From Candidatus Eiseniibacteriota bacterium (GTDB taxonomy: Bacteria > Eisenbacteria > RBG-16-71-46), in contig JBGAOA010000021.1 in assembly GCA_044222065.1 (NCBI GenBank), positions 1 through 58,835 of the forward strand: 58,835 nt of DNA, in the 5' to 3' direction. The notes below the pieces were generated by a model, which saw only the letters and a program-made list of their open reading frames with translations, was not told where the DNA came from and made no database searches. The translations under genes and the position numbers were made by a program. Shown piece after piece: positions 15,839 to 24,597 of this stretch (position 1 is the stretch's first letter; each line of letters starts with the position of its first letter).

Positions 15839-18800
15839 ATGAAGCCCAGGCTCCCTGCGTGTTTGCCGCTGCTGGTCTCCCTGCTGTTCCCGAGCGTACC
15901 GAATGCGGCCGAGAACACCGCGGCCCTGGCCGGAAGTGTCGGTCTCCCGGCCGAGGACGCCTCCAAGCAGCCTGGAGCGGACGCGGCATGGTGGGATCGA
16001 GCGAGAGCCACGATCGAGGCCCAGGAGTACGAGGTGTCGCTCGGGACGTCCGGACTTCAAGCGCCGAACCGGGCGAATGGATTGCGCACGCGCTTTCGGG
16101 GGACGGGGATCGAGGTCGAAGCGCGGCGCGGGGATCGTGCGGAACTGCCGTGGCGATTCGAGTGGCGCACGTTGAGCTTCGGACGCGACGGCTCCAGGAC
16201 GGCGATCGATTCGACCGAAGCTCGGAGCGAAGGTACTCGCGTGCGTTACGAACACGGCGCGCTCGTCGAGTGGTACGAGAATCGGAGGGACGGACTGGAA
16301 CAGGGGTTCACGCTCGAGTCGCGGCCGCGCGGACGGGGCACGGTGCGCGTGGAAGGCGCCGTGAGCGGAGGTCTGCACGCGGAGGTCGCGGGGGACAGCT
16401 CGCTCGCGTGGTTCGACGAAAATGGAGTCGAGGTCCTTCGCTACTCGGGCCTCCGGTCCTGGGACGCGACCGGGCGGCCGCTGCCGTCGCGAATGGAGCT
16501 GCTTACCCGTTCCCCGGGCGATGCGGCGAGTGATCCCGTCGCGCGCGCGTGCCGCGTGGCCCTGGTCGTGAACGATCGCAATGCGGTTTATCCGATCACG
16601 ATCGATCCACTCCTGACGTCGCCCTCGTGGGTCGCCGAGTCGAACCAGGCGGGTTGCGGCTTCGGCTACGCGGTATCCACGGCGGGCGACGTGAACGGCG
16701 ACGGGTACTCCGACGTGATCGTCGGCGCGTTCGCGTACGACGATGGCGATCTGGATGAGGGCCGAGCGTTCGTGTACCACGGCTCGGCGGCCGGCCTGTC
16801 CGCAGCCTGGTCGTGGACCGTGGCCGGGGAACAGAGCGGAGCGCTGTTCGGCGGAGCGGTGTCGGCTGCAGGAGACGTCAACGGCGACGGATACGACGAT
16901 GTCATCGTGGGCGCGCAGTACTACGAGAACGGCACGCAGGACGAAGGCGGCGCGTTCGTTTACCACGGATCGGCGGCCGGGTTGAGCACCTCGGCGTCGT
17001 GGAGCGCGGAGGGAAATCAGGCGCTGTCGCTCTTCGGCGCCGCGGTCGCAAGTGCTGGAGATGTGAACGGAGATGGGTACGACGACGTGATCGTCGGGGC
17101 GTACGCCTACGACAACGGACAAACCGATGAAGGGCGCGCCTGGGTGTACCACGGATCGCCGGCAGGACTCGGTACGACGGCGTCGTGGACCGGGGAGGGC
17201 AATCAGGTCGGCGCAGCGTATGGGAGATCCGTGTCGACGGCCGGGGACGTGAACGGAGACGGCTACGCCGATGTGATCGTGGGCGCGTACCAGTACGACA
17301 ACGGGCAGGGTGACGAGGGACGCGTGATCGTCCACCTCGGGTCTGCGACCGGCCTCGCCGCCTCGCCGGCGTGGAGCGCGGAAAGCAATCAGGTGAACGC
17401 GCTGTTCGGGATCTCCGTGGGCAACGCCGGCGACGTCAACGGGGATGGCTACGCCGACGTGATCGTCGGGGCGTCCTGGTTCGACAACGGCGAGACCGAT
17501 GAGGGCAGGGCGTTTGTGTACCAGGGATCGTCGAGCGGGCTCGCCTCGTCCCCGGCGTGGACGAGCGAGGGCAATCAGGCGGGTGCGCTCTGGGGTCTGT
17601 CTGTGGCGACCGCGGGAGACGTGAACGGGGATGGCTATGCGGACGTGATCGTCGGAAGCTGGGGGTACGACCAGACCCAGCCCAACGAGGGGGCGGCGTG
17701 GCTCTACGTGGGTTCGGCGACGGGACTCCTCGACGCCGCTCAGTGGTCGGCCGCGGGTCAGCAGGCGCAGGCGGCGTTCGGGTACGCGGTGGCGACGGCG
17801 GGGGACGTGAACGGCGACGGCTACTCGGATGTCCTCGTGGGCTGTCCGAACCACGACAACGGGCAGACGGATGAGGGACGGGCGTCGGTGTACTACGGCG
17901 CGCCGGCCGGGCTTGCGACGTACTTCGCCTGGGATGATGAGGGGAGGCAATCCAACGAGAACTTCGGCTATTCGGTGTCGAGCGCGGGAGACGTGAACGG
18001 TGACGGGTACTCGGACGTGATCGTAGGTGCGCCCGACTTCACCACCAACTTCAACCAGGAGGGGCGCGCCTACGCGTATCTCGGTTCGGCGAATGGGCTC
18101 GCTCAGGCTCCGTCATGGACTGTGGAGGGCGACCAGGCCAACGGGTCGCTCGGTTTCTCGGTCTCGACCGCCGGCGACGTGAACGGCGATGGGTATTCGG
18201 ACGTGATCGTCGGTGAGGTCTTCTCGGAACACGGGCAACTCAGCGAAGGTCGAGCGTACGTCTACCACGGATCACCCACAGGGCTGGCTTCGTCTCCCGC
18301 GTGGACCGCGGAGGGCGATCAGAACGCGGCCCATTTCGGCTGGTCGGTCTCCACGGCCGGGGATGTCAATGGAGACGGCTACTCGGACGTGATCGTCAGT
18401 GCGCTCGACTACTTCGGTGGAGAGGCTTGGGAGGGGCGCGCATGCGTCTACCACGGATCGGCGACGGGGCTCGCCAGCTCTCCCGCATGGGTGACCGAAG
18501 GCAACCAGGTCGGGGCGAACTTCGGCTGGTCGGTCTCGACCGCAGGGGATGTGAATGGAGACGGGTACTCGGACGTGATCGTGGGGGCACGGTCCCACAC
18601 CGATGGGGAAGCGCAGGAAGGCCGAGCCAGCGTGTACCACGGATCGGCCACGGGGCTTGCCACCTCTCCCGCATGGGTGGCGGAGGGCAACCAGGTCGGG
18701 GCCTCTTTCGGCTGGTCGGTCTCGACGGCCGGCGACGTGAATGGGGACGGGTATTCGGACGTGATCGTGGGCGCGCCCGCGTTCGACGACGAAGAGATGC

Positions 18801-19924
18801 AGGAAGGCCTCGCCTGTGTGTTTCAGGGATCCGCCACGGGTCTCGCCGCCGCTCCCGCATGGAGCGTGGAGGGAAACCAGGCGAATGCACTGCTCGGGAA
18901 GGCTGTGTCCACCGCGGGCGACGTGAATGGCGATGGATACTCGGACGTCCTGGTGGGCTGCCCGGGCTTCGACCACGGGCTATCCGATGTCGGCGCGGCT
19001 TACTTTTACACCGGATCCGCGAGCGGGCTCTCCACTGTGGCCAGCTGGTCGGCCGAAGGAGACCAGACATTCGGGTTCTTCGCGACTGACGTCGCCGGCG
19101 CGGGGGACGTAAACGGAGACGGAGCTTCCGACGTGGCGATCGGCTATCCCAGTTTCTCCGGCGGCACGCTTCCGTATCAGGGACGAGTGAACGTCTACCT
19201 CGGCCACGACCGCGGAGGAGTGAACCGCATCGCTCGTCAGGCACGCCTCGCGGGTCCCGCGCCGATCGCGATCCTCGGGCGATCGGACTCCCCGGACGGC
19301 TTTCGCCTGAAGGCCTTAGGCCGCTCGGCCGCCGGACGAGGCGCCGTGCGTTTCCAGTTCGAAGTCAAACCGTCAGGAGTCCCATTCGATGGAACGGGCC
19401 TCGTCACCGGTCCGCTCGTTTGGACGGGAGCGCCGGCGCCGGGTTCGGGGAGTTCGGTTGCGCTCACGGGAGACGCCACGGGGCTCACGCCTTCCACCTG
19501 CTATCACTGGCGCGCCCGGATCCTCGCGGATTCTCCCTGGTTCCCTCACACGCCCTGGCTCTTCGCGCCGGACAACGCCGCGACCGAGACGGACCTGCGC
19601 ACGCCGGGCACCGCGGTCGCCGTGGAGGAAGGCCGTGCAGGTCCAGACTCGCGCGCGCTGGGTGTCCCCTCGCCCAATCCGTTCAGGACGTCGACCGACA
19701 TCGCCTACGCGCTCGGCCAGGGCGGTGCGCATCGCCTCGCGATCTACGATGTCGGCGGTCGAGAAGTCGCGGTGCTCTCCCAGGGATGGCTCGATGCCGG
19801 AGCGCATCGCGCGCACTGGGACGGCCGTGACGCGCGAGGTGGCCCGTCGCCCGATGGGATGTACTTCGTCCGGCTCGAGCTGTCCGATCACGTCGAGCAA
19901 CGCAAGCTCGTTCTGACGCGATGA
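15839..19924 (+). CDS. Secreted FG-GAP (integrin-alpha-like) repeat protein with C-terminal FlgD-Ig/T9SS-like domain
   Basis: Signal peptide; N-terminal domain (EWYEN...GLEQGF...YPITIDP); 14 AGDVNGDGxxDV repeats; C-terminal PNPFR...IYDVGGR...WDGRD...GMYFVRL. Confidence 0.9.
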   Translation: MKPRLPACLPLLVSLLFPSVPNAAENTAALAGSVGLPAEDASKQPGADAAWWDRARATIEAQEYEVSLGTSGLQAPNRANGLRTRFRGTGIEVEARRGDRAELPWRFEWRTLSFGRDGSRTAIDSTEARSEGTRVRYEHGALVEWYENRRDGLEQGFTLESRPRGRGTVRVEGAVSGGLHAEVAGDSSLAWFDENGVEVLRYSGLRSWDATGRPLPSRMELLTRSPGDAASDPVARACRVALVVNDRNAVYPITIDPLLTSPSWVAESNQAGCGFGYAVSTAGDVNGDGYSDVIVGAFAYDDGDLDEGRAFVYHGSAAGLSAAWSWTVAGEQSGALFGGAVSAAGDVNGDGYDDVIVGAQYYENGTQDEGGAFVYHGSAAGLSTSASWSAEGNQALSLFGAAVASAGDVNGDGYDDVIVGAYAYDNGQTDEGRAWVYHGSPAGLGTTASWTGEGNQVGAAYGRSVSTAGDVNGDGYADVIVGAYQYDNGQGDEGRVIVHLGSATGLAASPAWSAESNQVNALFGISVGNAGDVNGDGYADVIVGASWFDNGETDEGRAFVYQGSSSGLASSPAWTSEGNQAGALWGLSVATAGDVNGDGYADVIVGSWGYDQTQPNEGAAWLYVGSATGLLDAAQWSAAGQQAQAAFGYAVATAGDVNGDGYSDVLVGCPNHDNGQTDEGRASVYYGAPAGLATYFAWDDEGRQSNENFGYSVSSAGDVNGDGYSDVIVGAPDFTTNFNQEGRAYAYLGSANGLAQAPSWTVEGDQANGSLGFSVSTAGDVNGDGYSDVIVGEVFSEHGQLSEGRAYVYHGSPTGLASSPAWTAEGDQNAAHFGWSVSTAGDVNGDGYSDVIVSALDYFGGEAWEGRACVYHGSATGLASSPAWVTEGNQVGANFGWSVSTAGDVNGDGYSDVIVGARSHTDGEAQEGRASVYHGSATGLATSPAWVAEGNQVGASFGWSVSTAGDVNGDGYSDVIVGAPAFDDEEMQEGLACVFQGSATGLAAAPAWSVEGNQANALLGKAVSTAGDVNGDGYSDVLVGCPGFDHGLSDVGAAYFYTGSASGLSTVASWSAEGDQTFGFFATDVAGAGDVNGDGASDVAIGYPSFSGGTLPYQGRVNVYLGHDRGGVNRIARQARLAGPAPIAILGRSDSPDGFRLKALGRSAAGRGAVRFQFEVKPSGVPFDGTGLVTGPLVWTGAPAPGSGSSVALTGDATGLTPSTCYHWRARILADSPWFPHTPWLFAPDNAATETDLRTPGTAVAVEEGRAGPDSRALGVPSPNPFRTSTDIAYALGQGGAHRLAIYDVGGREVAVLSQGWLDAGAHRAHWDGRDARGGPSPDGMYFVRLELSDHVEQRKLVLTR

Positions 19925-19928
19925 CTTC

Positions 19929-20249
19929 GTGACTCTCTCCCCGAGCGCGGCGAGCGCCGGCGCCGGGCTCGTCGCATACGAGCTGGAGAGCTGGCACTGG
20001 CGCAAAGGCATCGGTTCGAGCGCGGTCTCTGCCGTGCTCGAGGAACATCGGTCGAACTGCGGCGTGCGCACCTTTGTCGCGGTGCTCAAGGCCGCGAACC
20101 ATCGGTCGCGAGGCTTGCTGCAGAAGCTCGGCTTCAGGCCGGCATCGCCCGAGGAGGTCGCGATGTACCGGGCGGGGCGAGACGAAGCGGTCCTCGTGCG
20201 GCCGGCGTCGTCGGACGTCCGAAGTCACCGAGAGGAGTCCGAAACGTGA
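19929..20249 (+). pseudogene. 5'-truncated paralogue of the GNAT gene at 6548-7105
   Basis: Only the C-terminal half (LVAYELESWHWRKGIGSSAVSAVL...LQKLGF) is present. Confidence 0.8.
19967..20149 (+). repeat. Direct repeat, right copy (pairs with 6817-6999)
   Basis: As for the left copy; weak similarity continues to GACGAAGCGG (7031-7040 / 20181-20190). Confidence 0.95.
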
Positions 20250-20668
20250 GCGTTGAATCGCGCGAGGGGGCAGCGCGCCCGTCCCTCGCCCTCGTCTCTC
20301 TGCTCGTTCGCGACTACGACGAAGCACTCGCCTTCTTCGTGGGCACGCTGGGATTCACGCTCGTGGAAGACTCCAGCGTCGAAGCGCGGGACAAGCGCTG
20401 GGTCGTCGTCGCTCCTCCGGGCGCCAACGGATGCCGGCTCCTGCTCGCGCGGGCGAGCACGCCGGAACAGTCGGCCCGAGTGGGTAATCAGGCGGGCGGC
20501 CGGGTCTTCCTGTTCCTGCACACGGACAACTTCTGGCGCGACTACGACGCGTACCGGGCGAGGGGCGTCGAGTTCGTGCGGGAACCGCGGGACGAATCTT
20601 ACGGAACCGTCGCGGTTTTCCGGGACCTGTACGGCAATCTCTGGGATCTTCTGGAGCCGGTTTCCTGA
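20246..20668 (+). CDS. VOC/glyoxalase family protein
   Basis: VSLLVRDYDEALAFF...KRWVVVAPPG...VGNQAGGRVFLFLHTDNF...YGTVAVFRDLYGNLWDL. Confidence 0.9.
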   Translation: MSVESREGAARPSLALVSLLVRDYDEALAFFVGTLGFTLVEDSSVEARDKRWVVVAPPGANGCRLLLARASTPEQSARVGNQAGGRVFLFLHTDNFWRDYDAYRARGVEFVREPRDESYGTVAVFRDLYGNLWDLLEPVS

Positions 20669-20729
20669 AAGCACGCTCGATTCCGGGCCGCTTTTCACCC
20701 GCGCCACACGATCCCCGAGAGGAATCCCC

Positions 20730-21827
20730 GTGAAGATCGTCGAACTCGCACTGATCGCACTCGCCGCCGCCGGTGGCGCGACCGCGGCGCCCGTGTCACG
20801 CGCGGATGCCGCTCGCTCGCCGGACCTCCCGGCGTTCGTCCGCAGTCTCGACTCGCTCCGCACCGCGGCGAAGATCGCCGGCCTGTCCGTCGCGGTCGTG
20901 AAGGACGGCGCGATCGTGCTCGCGCTGGGACTCGGCGAGGCGGACGTCGAGCATCACGTGCCGGCCACGGCCGAGACGCCCTACAACATCGCCTCGGTCA
21001 CGAAGCCCCTGTCCGCGGTCGTCGCGCTCCGGCTCGTGGAGCAGGGCGCACTGGATCTCGATCGTCCGCTCGCCGAGTACACCGAGTGGGCCGGATTCTG
21101 CGACGAGTTCGCGCAGCAGCCGTCGATCTTCGCGAAGGACCTTCGCTGCGTGCCCCGCGTACACACGCTGCGCCACCTGCTCTCGCACACGGCCACGGGC
21201 ACGCCGGGCACGCGCTTCTCGTACAACCCGCTGCTCTACTCGTGGGCGTCGCGCCCCATCCGGGCGGCGGCGGACACGACGTTCTCGGCACTGGTCGAGC
21301 GCATCGTGTTCGCGCCCGCGGGCATGACGCGGTCGGCGCGCATGAATCGCGACCTGCCGCTCCGCGCGGACCTCGCGAAGGCGCTCGCGCTGCCCTATCG
21401 CGTCGGCGCGTCCGGAGCGCTCGAGCGCGCGCCGATGCCGCCGCCGCAGGGCGACGGCGCCGCAGGCGGCGTCGTCACGACGGCGCTCGATCTCGCGAAG
21501 TTCGACCTCGCGCTCGATCGCGGCGCCCTGATCTCGGCCGCGTCGCGCGCGGCGATGATGTCGCCGATGCGAACGCCCGACGGCAAGCCGCTTCCCTACG
21601 GACTCGGCTGGTTCGTCGAGGAACACGACGGGCGCACGCTGGTGTGGCACTGCGGCCGGTGGGACGGCGCGTACACGGCGCTGTACCTCAAGGTCCCGGC
21701 CCGGAACGTGACGTTCATCGCGCTCGCGAACGGCGAGGGCGTCTGGAGCGAGAGCCCGCTCGACCGCGCCGACGTCGAGCAGTCGGCCTTCGCGCGCGCG
21801 TTCCTGCGGGCGTTCGCCGGGGACTAG
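20730..21827 (+). CDS. Exported serine hydrolase (beta-lactamase class C/AmpC-like fold)
   Basis: Signal peptide; IASVTK (SxxK), TLRHLLSHT, PGTRFSY, YGLGW, WHCG. Confidence 0.88.
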   Translation: MKIVELALIALAAAGGATAAPVSRADAARSPDLPAFVRSLDSLRTAAKIAGLSVAVVKDGAIVLALGLGEADVEHHVPATAETPYNIASVTKPLSAVVALRLVEQGALDLDRPLAEYTEWAGFCDEFAQQPSIFAKDLRCVPRVHTLRHLLSHTATGTPGTRFSYNPLLYSWASRPIRAAADTTFSALVERIVFAPAGMTRSARMNRDLPLRADLAKALALPYRVGASGALERAPMPPPQGDGAAGGVVTTALDLAKFDLALDRGALISAASRAAMMSPMRTPDGKPLPYGLGWFVEEHDGRTLVWHCGRWDGAYTALYLKVPARNVTFIALANGEGVWSESPLDRADVEQSAFARAFLRAFAGD

Positions 21828-21888
21828 GCGCGCCGACCGCGGCGCGCGCGCCCGTGCAACCTTCCGCGCCGCTCGATCACGAACGGGC

Positions 21889-22446
21889 ATGACTCCGGAC
21901 GCCGCCGACAACGCCGCCGATCGCGCCCTCGTTGAGGCCTACCTCCGCAGCCGCTCCGAGGCCGCGTTCCTCGCGCTCTACGACCGCCACACCGACGGGC
22001 TCCACCGCTTCGCGGCGCGGCTCTGCGGCGGCACCGGCCGCGAGGCGTCCGATCTCGTGCAGGAGACGTGGCTTCGCGCGCTCGCGGCACTCGAGGGTTT
22101 CCGCTGGGGCTCGCGCCTCGGCACCTGGCTGTGCGCGATCGCGCTCAACCAGTGGCGCGAGCAGAACCGCCGCGACGCGCGGCAGCGCGGCTTCGAAGTG
22201 ATCGAGGGCGGGCGCGCGGCGCACGTCGCGCCGCCGTCGCCGGACGCGATCGCGCTCGAGCGGGCGATCGCGAGCCTCGCCGAGGGCTATCGCGAGGTGC
22301 TGCTGCTGCACGATCTCGAGGGCTACACGCACGAGGAGATCGCGCGGCACTTCGGCATCGAGGTCGGCACGTCGAAGAGCCAGCTGAGCCGCGCGCGCCG
22401 CGCGCTTCGGGCGGCGCTCGGCGAGGGGAAAGGAGTGCGGGCATGA
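21889..22446 (+). CDS. ECF sigma-70 factor
   Basis: AFLALYDRH...DLVQETW...TWLCAIALN; YREVLLLHDLEGYTHEEIA...GTSKSQLSRAR. Confidence 0.92.
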   Translation: MTPDAADNAADRALVEAYLRSRSEAAFLALYDRHTDGLHRFAARLCGGTGREASDLVQETWLRALAALEGFRWGSRLGTWLCAIALNQWREQNRRDARQRGFEVIEGGRAAHVAPPSPDAIALERAIASLAEGYREVLLLHDLEGYTHEEIARHFGIEVGTSKSQLSRARRALRAALGEGKGVRA

Positions 22447-23084
22447 CGGACGAACGGAAGCCGAACGAAGACGAGCGGCCGGCGCCGCTCGGCGACTGGG
22501 GTTCCTCGTGGGAGGCCCCGCGCGAACTCAGGCAGTCCACGCTCGAGGCCGCGCGCCGGCGCGGTCTCGTGAGAGGAGGCTCCATGACGGGGCGTGGGTT
22601 CTGGATCGCCGCGGCCGCCGCGGCCGCGGTCGCACTGGTCGTGGGCTACGGGCTCGGCGCACGGCAGGCCGGGCGAGGAGGCGAGACGATGACGCAGACG
22701 CAATCCGAAGCGACGGCGCCCGCGGGCGAGGCGGCGGCGGCGCCGAAGTACGTGCTGTTCCTGTTCGAGGACGCGTCGTACGAGACGCCCGCCGAGAACG
22801 AGATCGCGGCGCGCGTCGGCGAGTACTCGGACTGGGCGCGTTCGCTCGCCGAGCGCGGCCGGTACGTGACGGGCGAGGAACTCGCGACCGGCGGCCGGTT
22901 CCTGCGCGTCGAGAGCGGCGCCGTGGCCGCGAGCGAGCTGCAGCGCGACGCGAATCGCGGCGGGCTCACCGGTTACTTCGTGATCGGTGCCGCGAACCTC
23001 GACGAGGCGCTCGAGGTCGCGCGCACCTGTCCGCACCTCAAGTACCACGGCTCGGTGGAGGTCCGGCCGATCCAGGCGAGCTGA
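22443..23084 (+). CDS. Putative anti-sigma factor: short N-terminus, one TM helix, C-terminal YCII-like domain
   Basis: ATGA overlap with the ECF gene; TM FWIAAAAAAAVALVVGYGLG; KYVLFL...LTGYFVIGAANLDEALEVARTCPHL..HGSVEVRPI. Confidence 0.75.
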   Translation: MTDERKPNEDERPAPLGDWGSSWEAPRELRQSTLEAARRRGLVRGGSMTGRGFWIAAAAAAAVALVVGYGLGARQAGRGGETMTQTQSEATAPAGEAAAAPKYVLFLFEDASYETPAENEIAARVGEYSDWARSLAERGRYVTGEELATGGRFLRVESGAVAASELQRDANRGGLTGYFVIGAANLDEALEVARTCPHLKYHGSVEVRPIQAS

Positions 23085-23119
23085 CCGGCGCCCCGCCGCG
23101 CCGAGCGCGGCAGGAGGCG

Positions 23120-23155
23120 GCGCGCACCCGGCCCGGTCCGGGTCGCGCGCGTTTC
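23120..23155 (+). terminator. Putative intrinsic terminator
   Basis: GCGCGCACCCGG / CCGGGTCGCGCGC stem followed by GTTTC. Confidence 0.35.
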
Positions 23156-23362
23156 ACCGCGAGCGGCGCGCGGAACCCGACCGCTGCTCGTTGCGACGAT
23201 CGCTCCGCCCGTCGTGCGAATCGCCTCGCCGACAAGAACCGGGAGCGTCCGCATCGCGCCGTTCGCCCGCGCGAGCCGTCGCTCCGACCGCCCGTTCGCG
23301 AGGATCGGTCCCGGTTCCCGCGCGCGCGCCTCGCCGGAGGATCGGGCCGCGCACTCGAGCTC

Positions 23363-23389
23363 TCAACTGGAGAAGCGGGCCGCCGAGAC
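23363..23389 (+). promoter_or_regulatory. Putative sigma28 (FliA)-type promoter
   Basis: TCAA-N15-GCCGAGAC versus consensus TAAA-N15-GCCGATAA; lies upstream of chemotaxis genes. Confidence 0.55.
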
Positions 23390-23479
23390 TCGTACCGAAC
23401 CTCCAACCTCGGATTCCGTCTCGGATCGCAGCGTCGCCGCGGGCTGGGTGTCGCGTTCCTCGCGAAAGGGAGTTCGCCA

Positions 23480-24586
23480 GTGTCCATTGCAGTGACTCCC
23501 ACGGTGCGACGACGGCTCGCGGCGAGCGCCCTGTTGCTCGCGGTGACGACGGGAGTCGCGTTCGCCGGACCCGGCGCCGCCGCGCCGCCCGACCGGCCCA
23601 CGTACAAGTTCGGATGCCTGCTGCAGGGGCGTGCCGAGTGGGAGCAGCTGTTCGAGAGTTCCCCCGCGACCGGCACGTACGTCGCGCAGAACCTCTACAT
23701 GCGGCGCGTGCGCCTGCTGTTGAACGGCACGGTCGGCCCGCGACTGAGCTTCTTCCTCGACACCGACAGCCCCAACTACGGGAAGGCGTCCGCGAGCGGC
23801 GCGAAGGACTTCTCCGACCTCTACATCCAGGACGCCGTCGCGACGTGGCGCACGAGCGAGCGATTCGGCGTGGACACCGGGCTGCTGCTGACCCCGGGAG
23901 CGTTCAATCACCTGCAGAGCGCGGCGAGCCTCCTCGCGCTCGACTACGGTCCGTACACGTTCGTGTCGTCGAGCGTCGCGCAGGAGCGGCTCGGGAGGGA
24001 CACGGGCATCCAGGCGCGCGGCCAGCTCGCGAGGCGTCACGTCGAGTACCGGATCGGCGCCTACCAGGGCCGGCGGACCGCCCGCGCCGACGAGCCGCTG
24101 CGGCTCGCGGGACGAGTGGCGTTCTCGCCGCTCCAGACCGACGGCGGCATGTTCTACACGGGCACGTCGCTCGGCGCCGCGGAGCGACTCGCGTTCGGCC
24201 TCGCCGCCGACCATCAGCGCGAACTCGTGAGCCTGCACGCCGACGTGCAGGCGGAACACCGGCTGACCTCGAAGCTCGCGCTCACCGCGCAGGCCGACCT
24301 CTCCGATCTCGACGGCCGCGGTGCGCTCGAGAACCTGCCCGACCAGACCGACTGGATGGTCGAGCTCGGCGCGCTGATCGTGCCGCTCCGACTCACGCCG
24401 TTCGTACAGGTCGCGCGCCAGGAGCTGCACGCCGAGGGCGCGGACGAGACCTCGGTGCAGTCGGGCGCGGCGTGGTGGCTGGACGGGCACCGCGCCGCGA
24501 TCAAGCTCGGATGGACGCGAATTCTCCGTGACGGTGCCGAGGCTCGCAGCCGCTTCGCCGCCCAGTACCAGGCGTTTTCATTCTGA
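23480..24586 (+). CDS. Outer-membrane porin (OprO/OprP-like)
   Basis: Signal peptide; LYMRRVRLLLNG, SDLYIQDA, GRDTGIQARG; terminal Phe; AAAGGGAG RBS. Confidence 0.7.
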   Translation: MSIAVTPTVRRRLAASALLLAVTTGVAFAGPGAAAPPDRPTYKFGCLLQGRAEWEQLFESSPATGTYVAQNLYMRRVRLLLNGTVGPRLSFFLDTDSPNYGKASASGAKDFSDLYIQDAVATWRTSERFGVDTGLLLTPGAFNHLQSAASLLALDYGPYTFVSSSVAQERLGRDTGIQARGQLARRHVEYRIGAYQGRRTARADEPLRLAGRVAFSPLQTDGGMFYTGTSLGAAERLAFGLAADHQRELVSLHADVQAEHRLTSKLALTAQADLSDLDGRGALENLPDQTDWMVELGALIVPLRLTPFVQVARQELHAEGADETSVQSGAAWWLDGHRAAIKLGWTRILRDGAEARSRFAAQYQAFSF

Positions 24587-24597
24587 AGGAGTGCGAC

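Noticed and set aside
16680..19140. Regularly spaced GACGTGAACGGCGACGG repeats as a possible CRISPR array
   Set aside because: In-frame coding FG-GAP repeats with synonymous variation and about 186-nt period; no cas genes
20730..21827. Antibiotic-resistance beta-lactamase (also considered for the MBL gene at 5464-6456)
   Set aside because: Fold-level motifs only; the serine hydrolase has YNP/HCG variants and the MBL is RNase Z-like
21855..21884. Autoregulatory ECF promoter (TGCAAC...CGAA)
   Set aside because: Spacing and -10 element ambiguous; cannot be supported without the group consensus
23085..23479. c-di-GMP riboswitch upstream of the chemotaxis operon
   Set aside because: No GEMM-type GCAAA/GAAA pattern seen; a second GCCGACAA (23228-23235) lacks a matching -35 element
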